From an uncultured virus (IMG/VR IMGVR_UViG_3300028800_000080) (lineage: Duplodnaviria; Heunggongvirae; Uroviricota; Caudoviricetes), in the IMG/VR virus record IMGVR_UViG_3300028800_000080: a stretch of DNA of 64,000 nt, one strand, 5' to 3'. This document shows, piece after piece, positions 17,901-26,952 of this stretch. The notes beneath the pieces are model-generated. The model was not told where the DNA came from. It did not search any database and saw only the letters and a program-made list of their open reading frames with translations. The number at the start of each line of letters is the position of its first letter. Within the stretch, counting starts at the first letter, position 1. A program made the translations under genes and the position numbers.

Positions 17901-19946
17901 TTAGAGTGGCACGGTCCCACGAGCGACCACTTCAAAGCTTCCCGTGAGCGTCAGCCCACTAAGCCAAGTGAACACTGCGTTGTGCCAGGGATTCGTACCG
18001 TCCTCGTTCAGTCCCATGCGAATCGTGGGCGTGGACCCGGTATCAGCGATGACCGCACCGTACTTCTTCATCTGGTTGCAGACCAAGGTGACCTGCGCAT
18101 CTGCGTTCGCGCACGATACGCTGGACTTGATGCGCACGATGTCGCCCAGCTCCAAGCACTGCGTAGCACCGGAACAGCTGCCTCCACCGTTACCCAGTCC
18201 TGGGCTGTAGTTCACACCGTTGGTGCCCGAGAGCAACGCATTGGTGGTGATAATCATCTGCACAGGGTGGTTGATGGAGGTTAGGGTGCTATCGTAGCCG
18301 TAGTCCGTCGTGCCGAATCCACCGATGCCGGCCACGGACCAGTTGGTGCGCTTGTTGGCACGCTGATTATGGTACGTGTCGTAGAGGCAGTCGTAGAACC
18401 CGTTGTAGGCCACGAGCGTGCTAGGACTGGTCCAGTTCATGGCCCCGCCCTCTTCAACACAACCCGTGTCCGTGTTAAGGTTGACCACATGGCCATCGCC
18501 TGAGCAGCCCGTCGTGCAGGTGCCCTCAATCTTGGAAGACCCGCCAATCCAATGGAATTTCCAGTTGGCTCCGCCACCATAGAGGCCAGAGTCAACGGGC
18601 GGATTGTGGCCGCCGTTAAGACCCACAACAAACTGGGTTGTGGCGTTGGTGACGATGTTCACTATCTCAAGGCTGGCTGGGTTGCCGCTGCCGAACGTGA
18701 CCAGACCGCTAACGTGAGACATGATAGCCGCGTTGTTCGTGTCCACGCTGGCGCCGCTGATATCAGCGTTGATGATGGCGTCAGCCGAGCCAGGCGTACC
18801 GTACACTTGGAACGTCTTGCCGCCCGTTACATAGAGGTAGCGTGGGTCAGGCGTGGGGCTGGCCGACGGAGTAGGCGTGGGTGCTGAGGCGACGGGAGCA
18901 ATCAAATCCAGGACCTCAACCTGATGCGCGAAGCTATTGGTCGTAGTCATGGTCATGCTTGCCGTGTACGGGGACAGGCTCGCTAGGTTGCCATCCGTGT
19001 AGAGGCGCGTGGTGAAGTGGACATCGTTTGCCGTGGACACAATAGTACCCGGCGACAGCGACAGCACGGTCTGGCTGGAAGAGCCAGTATTCAGCATAGC
19101 AACCGGAAGGTCGCCCAGCACAGTCGGCGTCACAGCGTTCGTGGTGAACGGGCCTGCGCTACCGGTCAGCGTGGATAAGTTGAGGTTGTGGCCGTCAAAG
19201 GGATTGGTCTGGTTGACGTTCTTAACGTCCATCACAAAGGCTACACACGAGCCGTTGCCGATGGAGTCAGTGTAGTTGAAGCTTGTCCCATCTGAGCCGG
19301 TGCTGTACTTGTACCCTTCAATGAAGTGAAGGGAATTCGTTGTGTTGTTGTCCTCTGACGTGAAGCCAGCGGGCAGCGCTAGGTTGCCCGTCGTACTAGC
19401 CAAGCCGTAGAACAGAAGCAAGTCGCCTGCTGGCGCTTGGACTCCCAGAGCCGTAGTTGCGTTAGTCGTTGCACACGTACTGACACCCGCCACCGTACTA
19501 GCCTGATTCAGACCAGGCGTTGGGACAGGGGTAGGCGAAGCCGTTGGCGTGGGACTTGCGGTGGGGGACGGAGTTGGCGTGTTGAAAGCTATAGCAGAGA
19601 TAGGCGTAAAGTAGCCTAGCCGCAAACGCCCCAGATAGCGCGTCAGCTGAGTTGCCTCAATCTTAGCTGTAGACACGTCGTCAGCCGTGAAGGTGACAGC
19701 GTACGTTACAACGTAGTTGGGAGGCGTGCCGGCCACCGTTGTGACAACGTGGACCGGATAGGACAGCGTCAGGCCCGCTAAGCGACTCTGAATCTGAGTA
19801 GCGTGAATTTGCGCGGAGGTGGCATCTGCCGCAGAAAACTGCACCTGATATTGCGCCGTGTAGAGGACGGGGGTGCTGGCCATTGCTTGTGGCGCGAACG
19901 ATAGTGCAAGCGCTAGCACTAAGGCGCTAATAAAAGGTAGTCTCAT
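17901..19946 (-). CDS. Secreted multidomain protein with signal peptide and Pro/Thr linkers
   Basis: MRLPFISALVLALALSFAPQAMA signal-like N-terminus; TPTPSPTASPTP linkers; beta-rich domains with Cys pairs. Confidence 0.75.
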   Translation of the reverse strand: MRLPFISALVLALALSFAPQAMASTPVLYTAQYQVQFSAADATSAQIHATQIQSRLAGLTLSYPVHVVTTVAGTPPNYVVTYAVTFTADDVSTAKIEATQLTRYLGRLRLGYFTPISAIAFNTPTPSPTASPTPTASPTPVPTPGLNQASTVAGVSTCATTNATTALGVQAPAGDLLLFYGLASTTGNLALPAGFTSEDNNTTNSLHFIEGYKYSTGSDGTSFNYTDSIGNGSCVAFVMDVKNVNQTNPFDGHNLNLSTLTGSAGPFTTNAVTPTVLGDLPVAMLNTGSSSQTVLSLSPGTIVSTANDVHFTTRLYTDGNLASLSPYTASMTMTTTNSFAHQVEVLDLIAPVASAPTPTPSASPTPDPRYLYVTGGKTFQVYGTPGSADAIINADISGASVDTNNAAIMSHVSGLVTFGSGNPASLEIVNIVTNATTQFVVGLNGGHNPPVDSGLYGGGANWKFHWIGGSSKIEGTCTTGCSGDGHVVNLNTDTGCVEEGGAMNWTSPSTLVAYNGFYDCLYDTYHNQRANKRTNWSVAGIGGFGTTDYGYDSTLTSINHPVQMIITTNALLSGTNGVNYSPGLGNGGGSCSGATQCLELGDIVRIKSSVSCANADAQVTLVCNQMKKYGAVIADTGSTPTIRMGLNEDGTNPWHNAVFTWLSGLTLTGSFEVVARGTVPL

Positions 19947-19966
19947 CCGAGGGAGGTTCGCGGTTG

Positions 19967-20842
19967 CTAGGCTGCTCCCCTGCGCGAATCACCCGTCCAG
20001 CCTAGCGGCATGCGGAATCCAGAGGCGTGCTTGTGGCCGCCTCCACCGTAAATCTTGGCCACCTCGGCAACATCAGCGCCGTCCTGTGACGAGCGTAGGC
20101 TGAACCTGCGCCATTCATCGTCATCGTAGTAGGTAGCAGCGAACCCTTCACCTCGTGCCAACTGGTTGCCGATTTCAGAGCATAGCGTGATGGGCGCGTT
20201 GACGACCGGCACACGCTGACCACCGATAACCATAGTAGTTCGAGCACATCTGATAATAGCGTCAATGTCTTGTTGCTGCTTTCTGAGGATGGCGCTGCCC
20301 TCGGCGTACCAGAACCCTTTGCCCTTGAGCTTGAGGTCCTTTGTGAGATACTTATCCATCAGGTTCCAGCGCTCATGCGTGGGCTCGTAGGACATAATCA
20401 CAGCGTTGATTTCACGACTGTCCTGAAGCTTGAAGCGCCACAGGTCCCGGTCCTCAACGTACGCAACCAGGGGTGGGCGGGCCACTCCCGGGTGGTACCA
20501 GTCCCAGGCAAGACCAGCACCGCTACGATTCATGTCAAACTGGATTGTGCAGCCAGCGTATCCAACCAAGGGTTCCAACGCTTGTTGAGCCGACTGGTGG
20601 TGGTCCAGAACCAGAGTATGCGCAGCCTTGTCGATGATTTGCTTCATCACTTCCAGAGGGAAGCTGAAATCCACTAACACCACCTGTGTTTGGCTGTCTA
20701 TCAGGTCCAGTGGTGGCTTGTCCCCATAGTTGATGGGGTGATAGGTTACCTGCTCAGGCAACAGGTCCAGTGCCTTCTTGGCTACCCAAGCAGCCGTGAA
20801 CCCATCAAAGCATGGGCTGTGGTACATTACAACTGTGTTCAT
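19967..20842 (-). CDS. DHH/DHHA1 family phosphoesterase
   Basis: YH..C.DG, VDFS, LDHH, DRDLW, SLRS and GGGGHKHASG. Confidence 0.9.
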   Translation of the reverse strand: MNTVVMYHSPCFDGFTAAWVAKKALDLLPEQVTYHPINYGDKPPLDLIDSQTQVVLVDFSFPLEVMKQIIDKAAHTLVLDHHQSAQQALEPLVGYAGCTIQFDMNRSGAGLAWDWYHPGVARPPLVAYVEDRDLWRFKLQDSREINAVIMSYEPTHERWNLMDKYLTKDLKLKGKGFWYAEGSAILRKQQQDIDAIIRCARTTMVIGGQRVPVVNAPITLCSEIGNQLARGEGFAATYYDDDEWRRFSLRSSQDGADVAEVAKIYGGGGHKHASGFRMPLGWTGDSRRGAA

Positions 20843-21132
20843 TCGTCCTCATCCTCTGTTTCAATCTCAACCCAATCCGAGCTGCCGCACGCACACTCGT
20901 AGTAGGCGTCCGGGTCGAACGTGTCGCCGCAGTCGCGGCACTCTGCTACAACCAATGCACACAGCCGATCAGCCCGCAGGCGAGGCGACACTCTGGATTC
21001 TTCAACAGCTCATAGTAGCCCATTTCAGTAGGATTCGGGACATTTCGGAGTTCTCCTGGGTCCCGAACCAAAAACTAAAACAGACCCCGTCAGAGGCCTG
21101 TTTCTGGTCAATTTGCCAGTGGTAGTTTTAGA

Positions 21133-22602
21133 TTAGTCTGCATCCTCCTGGCCCTTCGGGGGGCTGGTGACGAAGGTTAGGTGCTCGGTTGCCCGGGTGA
21201 TGGCCACGTAGTTGAGGTTCGTCTCCTGGACGTACTCCCAGTCGCGCTGGTTCTTCCAGGTGAGGGGGAGCAGCTCAGGCTTCAGGATGAACACGCGGGG
21301 GTTCTCCAGACCCTTGGCGCGGTGGACGGTGCTGAGGAGGACTGAGGCGCGTCCGTCGCTGAACAGCGACTCAATCTCAGAGCAGAAGCCAGCTACGCTG
21401 TCGGTGGCGAAAGCGTGCCAGCAAGCCAGGATACCGGCCACCTTGTCTTGGTGGGCTTGGAGAGCTGACTCGTTGTGCTTGCGGCGAAGGATTTTAGTGG
21501 TCTCGGCATCAGCCCACATTCCCAGTGCGTTCTCATCGAACACGCCAGAGTTCATCTTGGCTGCTTTCTTGACGATGCCCGTCAGGTTGGCTGCGATGTC
21601 GCGTCCACGCACACGGGCGGGAATCTTGTTGCGAATCATCTTGATGCAAGCGCTGATGAGTGGTGCAGTGGTGCGGCACAGAATCATGTCGCCTTCACCC
21701 GCCTGCTCGAACAGCTGGGCGTAGGGGATGTTGTCCACGGTGCCCTCGGGGCAGTTGGGCCGGTCCTGAATGTCCGGCACGATTTGGCGAGCCAGGTCCA
21801 ACACGGAGGAGGGGCAGCGGTAGCAGATGGACAGAGGCAGCTCCGTGGCGTCCAGCGTGGTCTTGATGTTGTTGAACGACTCACAGTCAGCGCCAGCAAA
21901 CCCGTAGATGCTCTGGTTGGGGTCGCCCACGAACAGCATCCGACCACCCTTGGCCTGGGCCTTCAGCACGATGCCCAGCTGGGCTGCGCTGAGGTCCTGC
22001 GCTTCATCGCAGAGGACGAAGGAGTAGGACGAAGCGAGTGAGTAGTTCTCCACAGCCGGTATCCACAGCATGTCCGTGTAGTCGATGGTGCCCTGGGCCG
22101 CGAACATGCGACCATTCTGCAGTGCTAGCGGAAGGTTCGCTAGCATCGACGGCTGCACGTCCTCAATGCCGTAGTGCTCGATGACCAGGTTAACTGCCTC
22201 TTGGTTGCTCACATCCGTCAGGGTGCAGCGGACGAGGTCAATCAGCTTCACAAAGGTGTTCTGGGCTGCACGGTCCTCAGAGTAGAAGGTCTGAGCAATG
22301 TCCCGGTACTTGTGCTCCTGGACGTTCACACGCTTGGGGCGGATTGCCTTAGCGATGGCGCCGTAGCCGAGGCCATGGACCGTCTTGACGGTGGCCTTCG
22401 TGCCGACCTTGCGCTGAAGCTCATCAGCGATGTGCTTGTTGAACGCTACGAGGATGACATCACCGAAGATGAACTGGAGCAGCCAGATGAGGGTGCTGGT
22501 CTTGCCGCTACCTGCTTTGGCGTTGAGGACTGCGTGACCGCGGCCATTCTTGACCCACGCTGCGACTGCTTCCTGGAGCTGACTCGGTACAAACATTTTC
22601 AT
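21133..22602 (-). CDS. UvrD/Rep-like SF1 helicase
   Basis: AKAGSGKT, DEAQD, GDPNQSIYGFAGA, STVHRAKGLE and YVAITRA. Confidence 0.92.
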   Translation of the reverse strand: MKMFVPSQLQEAVAAWVKNGRGHAVLNAKAGSGKTSTLIWLLQFIFGDVILVAFNKHIADELQRKVGTKATVKTVHGLGYGAIAKAIRPKRVNVQEHKYRDIAQTFYSEDRAAQNTFVKLIDLVRCTLTDVSNQEAVNLVIEHYGIEDVQPSMLANLPLALQNGRMFAAQGTIDYTDMLWIPAVENYSLASSYSFVLCDEAQDLSAAQLGIVLKAQAKGGRMLFVGDPNQSIYGFAGADCESFNNIKTTLDATELPLSICYRCPSSVLDLARQIVPDIQDRPNCPEGTVDNIPYAQLFEQAGEGDMILCRTTAPLISACIKMIRNKIPARVRGRDIAANLTGIVKKAAKMNSGVFDENALGMWADAETTKILRRKHNESALQAHQDKVAGILACWHAFATDSVAGFCSEIESLFSDGRASVLLSTVHRAKGLENPRVFILKPELLPLTWKNQRDWEYVQETNLNYVAITRATEHLTFVTSPPKGQEDAD

Positions 22603-22650
22603 TCCTTCCGTGTGGTGGGGTCGCTCTTTATCGGCTGACCCTCTGGGTCA

Positions 22651-22682
22651 ATTATAAGCGCAAATCTGAGGAAAACAATAGG
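22651..22682 (-). promoter_or_regulatory. Promoter CCTA-TTGTTT-N16-TATAAT for the helicase arm
   Basis: Variant of the repeated family. Confidence 0.7.
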
Positions 22683-22786
22683 TGCGTGAAAGAATCTTGC
22701 GCTACGACAGATTCCCACACGAAATCGAACGTACGTTCTGTGCGGTGGAATTTGGTTCACCAAGCGCTGTGGGAATGTAGGGGGGG

Positions 22787-22815
22787 TTGTTTTCCGTCAC
22801 CGCATCGGCTATGAT
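22787..22815 (+). promoter_or_regulatory. Promoter TTGTTT-N17-TATGAT
   Basis: Divergent partner of the 22651 promoter, with a similar ATCGGC-TAT context. Confidence 0.55.
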
Positions 22816-23366
22816 TGTCGGTAACTCTCACGCTTGAAAGGAGTTGGATTCTGATGGTTGCTAAGATGTTACTGGTCGCCTGGTGCGTCGTTGTTGGGTT
22901 GGCTATCTACACGGTGGACGTACGAGTGATGGCGCGCATTCATGCGCAAGACCGCTGGCTCAACCCGAACGCACAGGGTGACGACTCTGCGTGTACGCTG
23001 GCGCGGACTTGTTGAAGCTTCTGTGCCAGGCTTGTGGGCAGACCTGTGCGCACTTTTGTGGTGTGTGCGGCTGCTCTGTCCACAGTGCTAGCAGTTGCTC
23101 CGAGAAACGTAAGCAGTCAAGTGGGCGAGATGCGCACTATTTGGTGTGTGCATCGTGCGTGGTTGCTGGGCACTGAGCCTGGGCTACTCAGCTAAAGGTG
23201 AGTGCTCAAGGCCCGCCTGTCACAAGAAACGAGTGCCGGATGGTAGGAAGAAATGCGCCTACCATCTACGTTTGGACGTAGAGTACCGACGTTTGCAACG
23301 TGAAGGCGGATTGTGCTCGCATTGCTACGATAGACGTGGACCAGGCGAGCATCGCTCGTGGTGTCG

Positions 23367-23457
23367 CACCAGAACCAGTCACCAGAACCAGTCACCAGAA
23401 CCAGTCACCAGAACCAGTCACCAGAACCAGTCACCAGAACCAGTCACCAGAACCAGC
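23367..23457 (+). repeat. Tandem array, 7 x 13 bp CACCAGAACCAGT (last copy ends in C)
   Basis: Read directly; no spacers. Confidence 0.95.
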
Positions 23458-23667
23458 CCCTAAATCACACTAACAAGCGTCCGCCCGAGGGGTCGCTTGG
23501 TTGACGAGGGCGTGGGTGGGCGACCGCTCGCTCTCGAAAGGACGAAGTGGGTGGGCGGTCGCCTCGTTTTTCGGTCGGCGGCTCGGAGAGGCGCGAAGCG
23601 CTCCGCGAACCGGAACCCCCCGATTCTCTCGCGAATCGGCTCGGAAGGGAAGCGGGAGTTTCTCCTT

Positions 23668-23871
23668 TCGAACGGACGTTCGAGCGTGGCGGACGAAGCG
23701 TTTTTCGGTCGTGTGGGAAATGCCCTTCTTTTGACCGGAAACGGCCCTTCCTTCGCTTCCGGTCCGACCTCCCACCCTCTCTCCCAAAATCGTTTTTTCG
23801 ACCGATTCCCACACGAAAGCGAACGGACGTTCGCGTTTCCGCGCTTGGTGAATCTCGCGAACGGACGTTCG
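23668..23871. promoter_or_regulatory. Three CGAAC-GGAC-GTTCG palindromes (23669-82, 23820-33, 23858-71), LexA/SOS-box-like
   Basis: Identical copies matching GAAC-N4-GTTC; a fourth variant lies at 22726-22739. Confidence 0.6.
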
Positions 23872-23915
23872 CTGGAAAAGAATTCGAAAAGGAGGAAAAA
23901 AACCTCTCTCTCCTC

Positions 23916-23944
23916 TCGACTTTTCGGCTCGGAAAGCGGATAAT
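23916..23944 (+). promoter_or_regulatory. Island promoter TCGACT-N17-GATAAT with upstream A-tracts
   Basis: Exact 17-bp spacer; the -10 holds one of very few TA steps in the island; 46 bp upstream of the first ATG. Confidence 0.7.
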
Positions 23945-23990
23945 CGGAGAAGGACCGGAATCCTTCCGGCCCCTCTCGAAAGGACTCGAA

Positions 23991-24314
23991 ATGACTGACG
24001 AAATGACCGTCGAAACGGCCCTCGCGAACCTTCGTTCCGCCTCGCGAAACTTCGCGCTCGACTCCGAAAACCTCGAACGATTTGAAGAGGTCGCTTTCCG
24101 TCGCCTCCTCTCCTCGCTCGGAAAAGACGTTTGGAACGAGGAGCGCGGAGCGAAAGCGAAGCGAAACGTCGCGATTCTCGTTCTTCGCGAGGCGATTCGC
24201 TCGCTCGAATCCGCCGTCGCCCTCGAAACGGTGACGGAAAACTTCTCTCTGGACGGGTCGCTCCTCCGTAATTTCGGACTCGTCCCCCCCTCTTTCGGGG
24301 AGGACTCGAAATGA
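23991..24314 (+). CDS. Island gene A, 107-aa hypothetical (no H/Q/Y)
   Basis: GAAAGGACTCGAA-ATG RBS; TGA stop overlaps the next ATG. Confidence 0.8.
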   Translation: MTDEMTVETALANLRSASRNFALDSENLERFEEVAFRRLLSSLGKDVWNEERGAKAKRNVAILVLREAIRSLESAVALETVTENFSLDGSLLRNFGLVPPSFGEDSK

Positions 24315-25048
24315 CTCTCGGAAACCCGGTTCTCGACTCCGTTTTCTCGCGCTCGGCGGGTCGCGAAACTTTCTCCTCCGTTTTCGCCCGCGAATTTGGC
24401 TCCCCGGTCGGACTCGACTCGGACGGACCGGACCTCGCTCGGACGTTCGCTCGGGCCTCTCGCGCTTTCCTCGAAGCTTTCCCGGACGTTGACCTCTTGG
24501 AATTCTCGATGGAAACCGGAATTTCGCTCGACCCCGACGCTTGGTTCGAGTCCTCCGCGACTCGCGAAACCCCGTTCGGAATTTCGACCGGCTCCTTCGT
24601 TTGCCCCGCGAATCCGTGCGGGGCCGGTCCCCGCTCCGACCGCTGGGACGAAGCGGAATTCCGGGAGTCGGTCGAAAATGACCTCGCCTTCCTCCTCCTC
24701 GCTCTCGCGGAGAAGAGAAAATCCGCTCGACTCGACGGCGCTTCGAAATCGCGCTTCGAAATGATGAAGGAAATCGAAGCGAATTTCGAGGCGGGAAAAA
24801 AGCGAGTGGATGACCTCTTCTTCGCTTCGCTCCTCGCGACCCGCGAAGCGCTCGCTTCGGCTCTCTCGGACCTCCCCGGACCGTCCGACCCCTCGCTCGC
24901 TCTCCCCCCGTTCTCGACGGTCGAAAAACTTCTCCGCTCGGTCGAAAACGTCGTGGACGCGGTGGACCTCCCGGAAATCGCTCGGACGCGCCTCTCGCTC
25001 CTCCGCTCGCTCGTTCTTGACCTTTCGGCCCGGGGGAAGCTTTCGTGA
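24311..25048 (+). CDS. Island gene B, 245-aa hypothetical (no H/Q/Y)
   Basis: GGAGGACTCGAA-ATG; ATGA coupling; globular-looking composition. Confidence 0.8.
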   Translation: MTLGNPVLDSVFSRSAGRETFSSVFAREFGSPVGLDSDGPDLARTFARASRAFLEAFPDVDLLEFSMETGISLDPDAWFESSATRETPFGISTGSFVCPANPCGAGPRSDRWDEAEFRESVENDLAFLLLALAEKRKSARLDGASKSRFEMMKEIEANFEAGKKRVDDLFFASLLATREALASALSDLPGPSDPSLALPPFSTVEKLLRSVENVVDAVDLPEIARTRLSLLRSLVLDLSARGKLS

Positions 25049-25191
25049 CCGCCTCCGACCTCGCTCGCTCGTTCGAGGAGCGCTCCGCGCTCCTCCCCCC
25101 CGTCCTTCTCGCCTTCCGTGCCCGGGGCGTCCGTCGCTCGAAAGCGACCCGTCGCCTCTCCTCCCTTCTCTCTCGAAAGGACTCGAAATGA
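25045..25191 (+). CDS. Island gene C, 48-aa basic peptide (no H/Q/Y)
   Basis: GTGA/ATGA coupling at both ends; MTASDLARSFEERSALLPPVLLAFRARGVRRSKATRRLSSLLSRKDSK. Confidence 0.55.
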   Translation: MTASDLARSFEERSALLPPVLLAFRARGVRRSKATRRLSSLLSRKDSK

Positions 25192-25847
25192 CTCTCTCCG
25201 ACGCTCTCGCGAACCTCCGTTCCTTCGCCTTCGAGGCGGCTCGCCTCTCGGACGCCCCCGCCCCCGTTCTCGCTTCGGTCGAAGGCGAGGGGTCGCTCGC
25301 GGAACGGGTCGCTCGCTTCCTCTTCGTCGCGAATTCGGACGAAGGCCCGGAACCGTTCGCCTTCTCGTGTGGCGGCGATGGCGGGTGGGGCTCGTTCTTC
25401 TCGGCGGTCGGCGTCGTTTCGGGGCTGACCCCGGACGGCGAGGACCCCGCTTCGGCGGGCGACGAACCGCCCTTCGCTCCCCTCGTCTTTCTCGACGGCT
25501 CGGCGCTCGCTCCGACCTCCGAGGAAGCGGACGGAACGCTGGTTGTCCTTCGCGGACCGGCTTCGACTCTCGCGGAGCGAGCGATTCTCGCTCGGGAAAT
25601 GGGCTCCGAGGAGGATTTCTTCGACCGAGTGGGCTGTTTCTCGGCTCCCGGTTTCGAGGAGAACGACGAGCGAGCGCTCCCGACCCTTTTCGAGGACGGC
25701 TCCGTTCTCGCGGACCTCGGAGAAATGTGTGGGCGAGAGGGCGCTTGGTTGACTCTCTCGGCTTGGTTCCTCGGAGAGGAGGCGACCTTCGCGGAAGCGA
25801 CGGACGACCGGGGGACCTCCCTTCTCTCTCGAAAGGACTCGAAATGA
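25188..25847 (+). CDS. Island gene D, 219-aa acidic hypothetical (no H/Q/Y)
   Basis: GAAAGGACTCGAA-ATG; N-terminal ALANLRS shared with gene A. Confidence 0.8.
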   Translation: MTLSDALANLRSFAFEAARLSDAPAPVLASVEGEGSLAERVARFLFVANSDEGPEPFAFSCGGDGGWGSFFSAVGVVSGLTPDGEDPASAGDEPPFAPLVFLDGSALAPTSEEADGTLVVLRGPASTLAERAILAREMGSEEDFFDRVGCFSAPGFEENDERALPTLFEDGSVLADLGEMCGREGAWLTLSAWFLGEEATFAEATDDRGTSLLSRKDSK

Positions 25848-26788
25848 CTGATTCGACTTTCCGCGCTCGAATCGAGGGCTCTCTCGCTCTCGCCTTCGCG
25901 AAGGCGAACCCGAATGACCGTCGCGAACGTCGCGAATTCCCGGACGGCTCCGCGCTCTCGCCTCGCGGAATTCGAGGCGAAGCTTTCTCCGTTTGGATGA
26001 ACGGCTGGTTGGACTTCGGCTCGGTGACCGAGGAGGAAATCCTCGGCTCGGAGGCGGCTCTCGCCGTCCTCTCGGGCTCTCTCGGGCTCTCGGACGGACT
26101 CCGCTCGACCTCGTTCCCGGACGGCTCCTCCGCTCGACGGAACGATGACGGCTCGGCGCTCGTTTGGCTGCCTGGCCTCCTCGGGGGGAAGCGCTTCGAC
26201 GCGGCTTTCGCTCCGCTTCCGACCCCTCGCTTGACCCCTCGAAGCGAGTGGGCGACCGCTTCCGACCTCCCCGAGTGGGAGAGAGAGCTTCGACGGAGCG
26301 CTCGGAACCGGGCGGCTCTTTTGACGGCGGCTCGGGCTCGCTTCGAACGTCTCCCGAATGGCGACGTTCGCGCTTCGGTCCCGGGAGAGTCGCGGACTTT
26401 CTCCTGGGAAAAAGAGGATTTTGTCGGACGCGGCTCTCGCTCGGGAACCGGACCCGCGCTCTCGGCGGTTCTCGATTCGGTCGCCTTCGCTTGGTCGCGT
26501 GGCGCGTGGGGAATCGGGCTCGTGGTTGGCGACGGACCGGGAGTCGCGCTCGAAACGTCCGCCTCGATTCCCGGTCGCTCGGATTGGTTGAACCTCTCGA
26601 TTGCTCGCTCGGCGAACGGAACCTGGTCGCTTGTCGGAGAGCGCGAGGCGGCGGAACGCTTCGGCGTCTGGACGGACGATGGCTTCCTTCCCGCCGACCC
26701 GTCGCTCGTTCTCTCGGTCGCGGACGCGGAGAGGCGCGACGAAATCGAAGCGGAGAATGGGAGGCGGATTCGCGAAGCGCTCGGCTGA
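25844..26788 (+). CDS. Island gene E, 314-aa hypothetical (no H/Q/Y)
   Basis: GAAAGGACTCGAA-ATG; Trp-rich; internal FPDGS repeats. Confidence 0.8.
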   Translation: MTDSTFRARIEGSLALAFAKANPNDRRERREFPDGSALSPRGIRGEAFSVWMNGWLDFGSVTEEEILGSEAALAVLSGSLGLSDGLRSTSFPDGSSARRNDDGSALVWLPGLLGGKRFDAAFAPLPTPRLTPRSEWATASDLPEWERELRRSARNRAALLTAARARFERLPNGDVRASVPGESRTFSWEKEDFVGRGSRSGTGPALSAVLDSVAFAWSRGAWGIGLVVGDGPGVALETSASIPGRSDWLNLSIARSANGTWSLVGEREAAERFGVWTDDGFLPADPSLVLSVADAERRDEIEAENGRRIREALG

Positions 26789-26807
26789 CTTGGTTGGGGG
26801 GTCCGGG

Positions 26808-26845
26808 AGAGGGGTCGCGCTTCGGTGCGGCTCCTCTTTTCTTTT
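26808..26845 (+). terminator. Intrinsic terminator of the island operon
   Basis: AGAGGGGTCGCGC-TTCG-GTGCGGCTCCTCT followed by TTTCTTTT. Confidence 0.85.
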
Positions 26846-26952
26846 GACCGTCGGAGCGCCTCCGGGCGCTTCGCGCGTCGTTGATGGGGGAAAGAGTCGG
26901 GGGCGGCTCCGAACGCGCTGAGAAGAGGCTCGGAGGCCCGGGAAATGGTAGC

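Noticed and set aside
23367..23457. CRISPR array
   Set aside because: Head-to-tail 13-bp units without spacers; no cas genes.
23547..25843. Long N-terminal extensions of island ORFs in the track (starts 23547, 24810, 25118) and other overlapping plus-strand ORFs
   Set aside because: They arise from the scarcity of TAA/TAG. The repeated RBS cassette and ATGA coupling define starts at 23991, 25188 and 25844.
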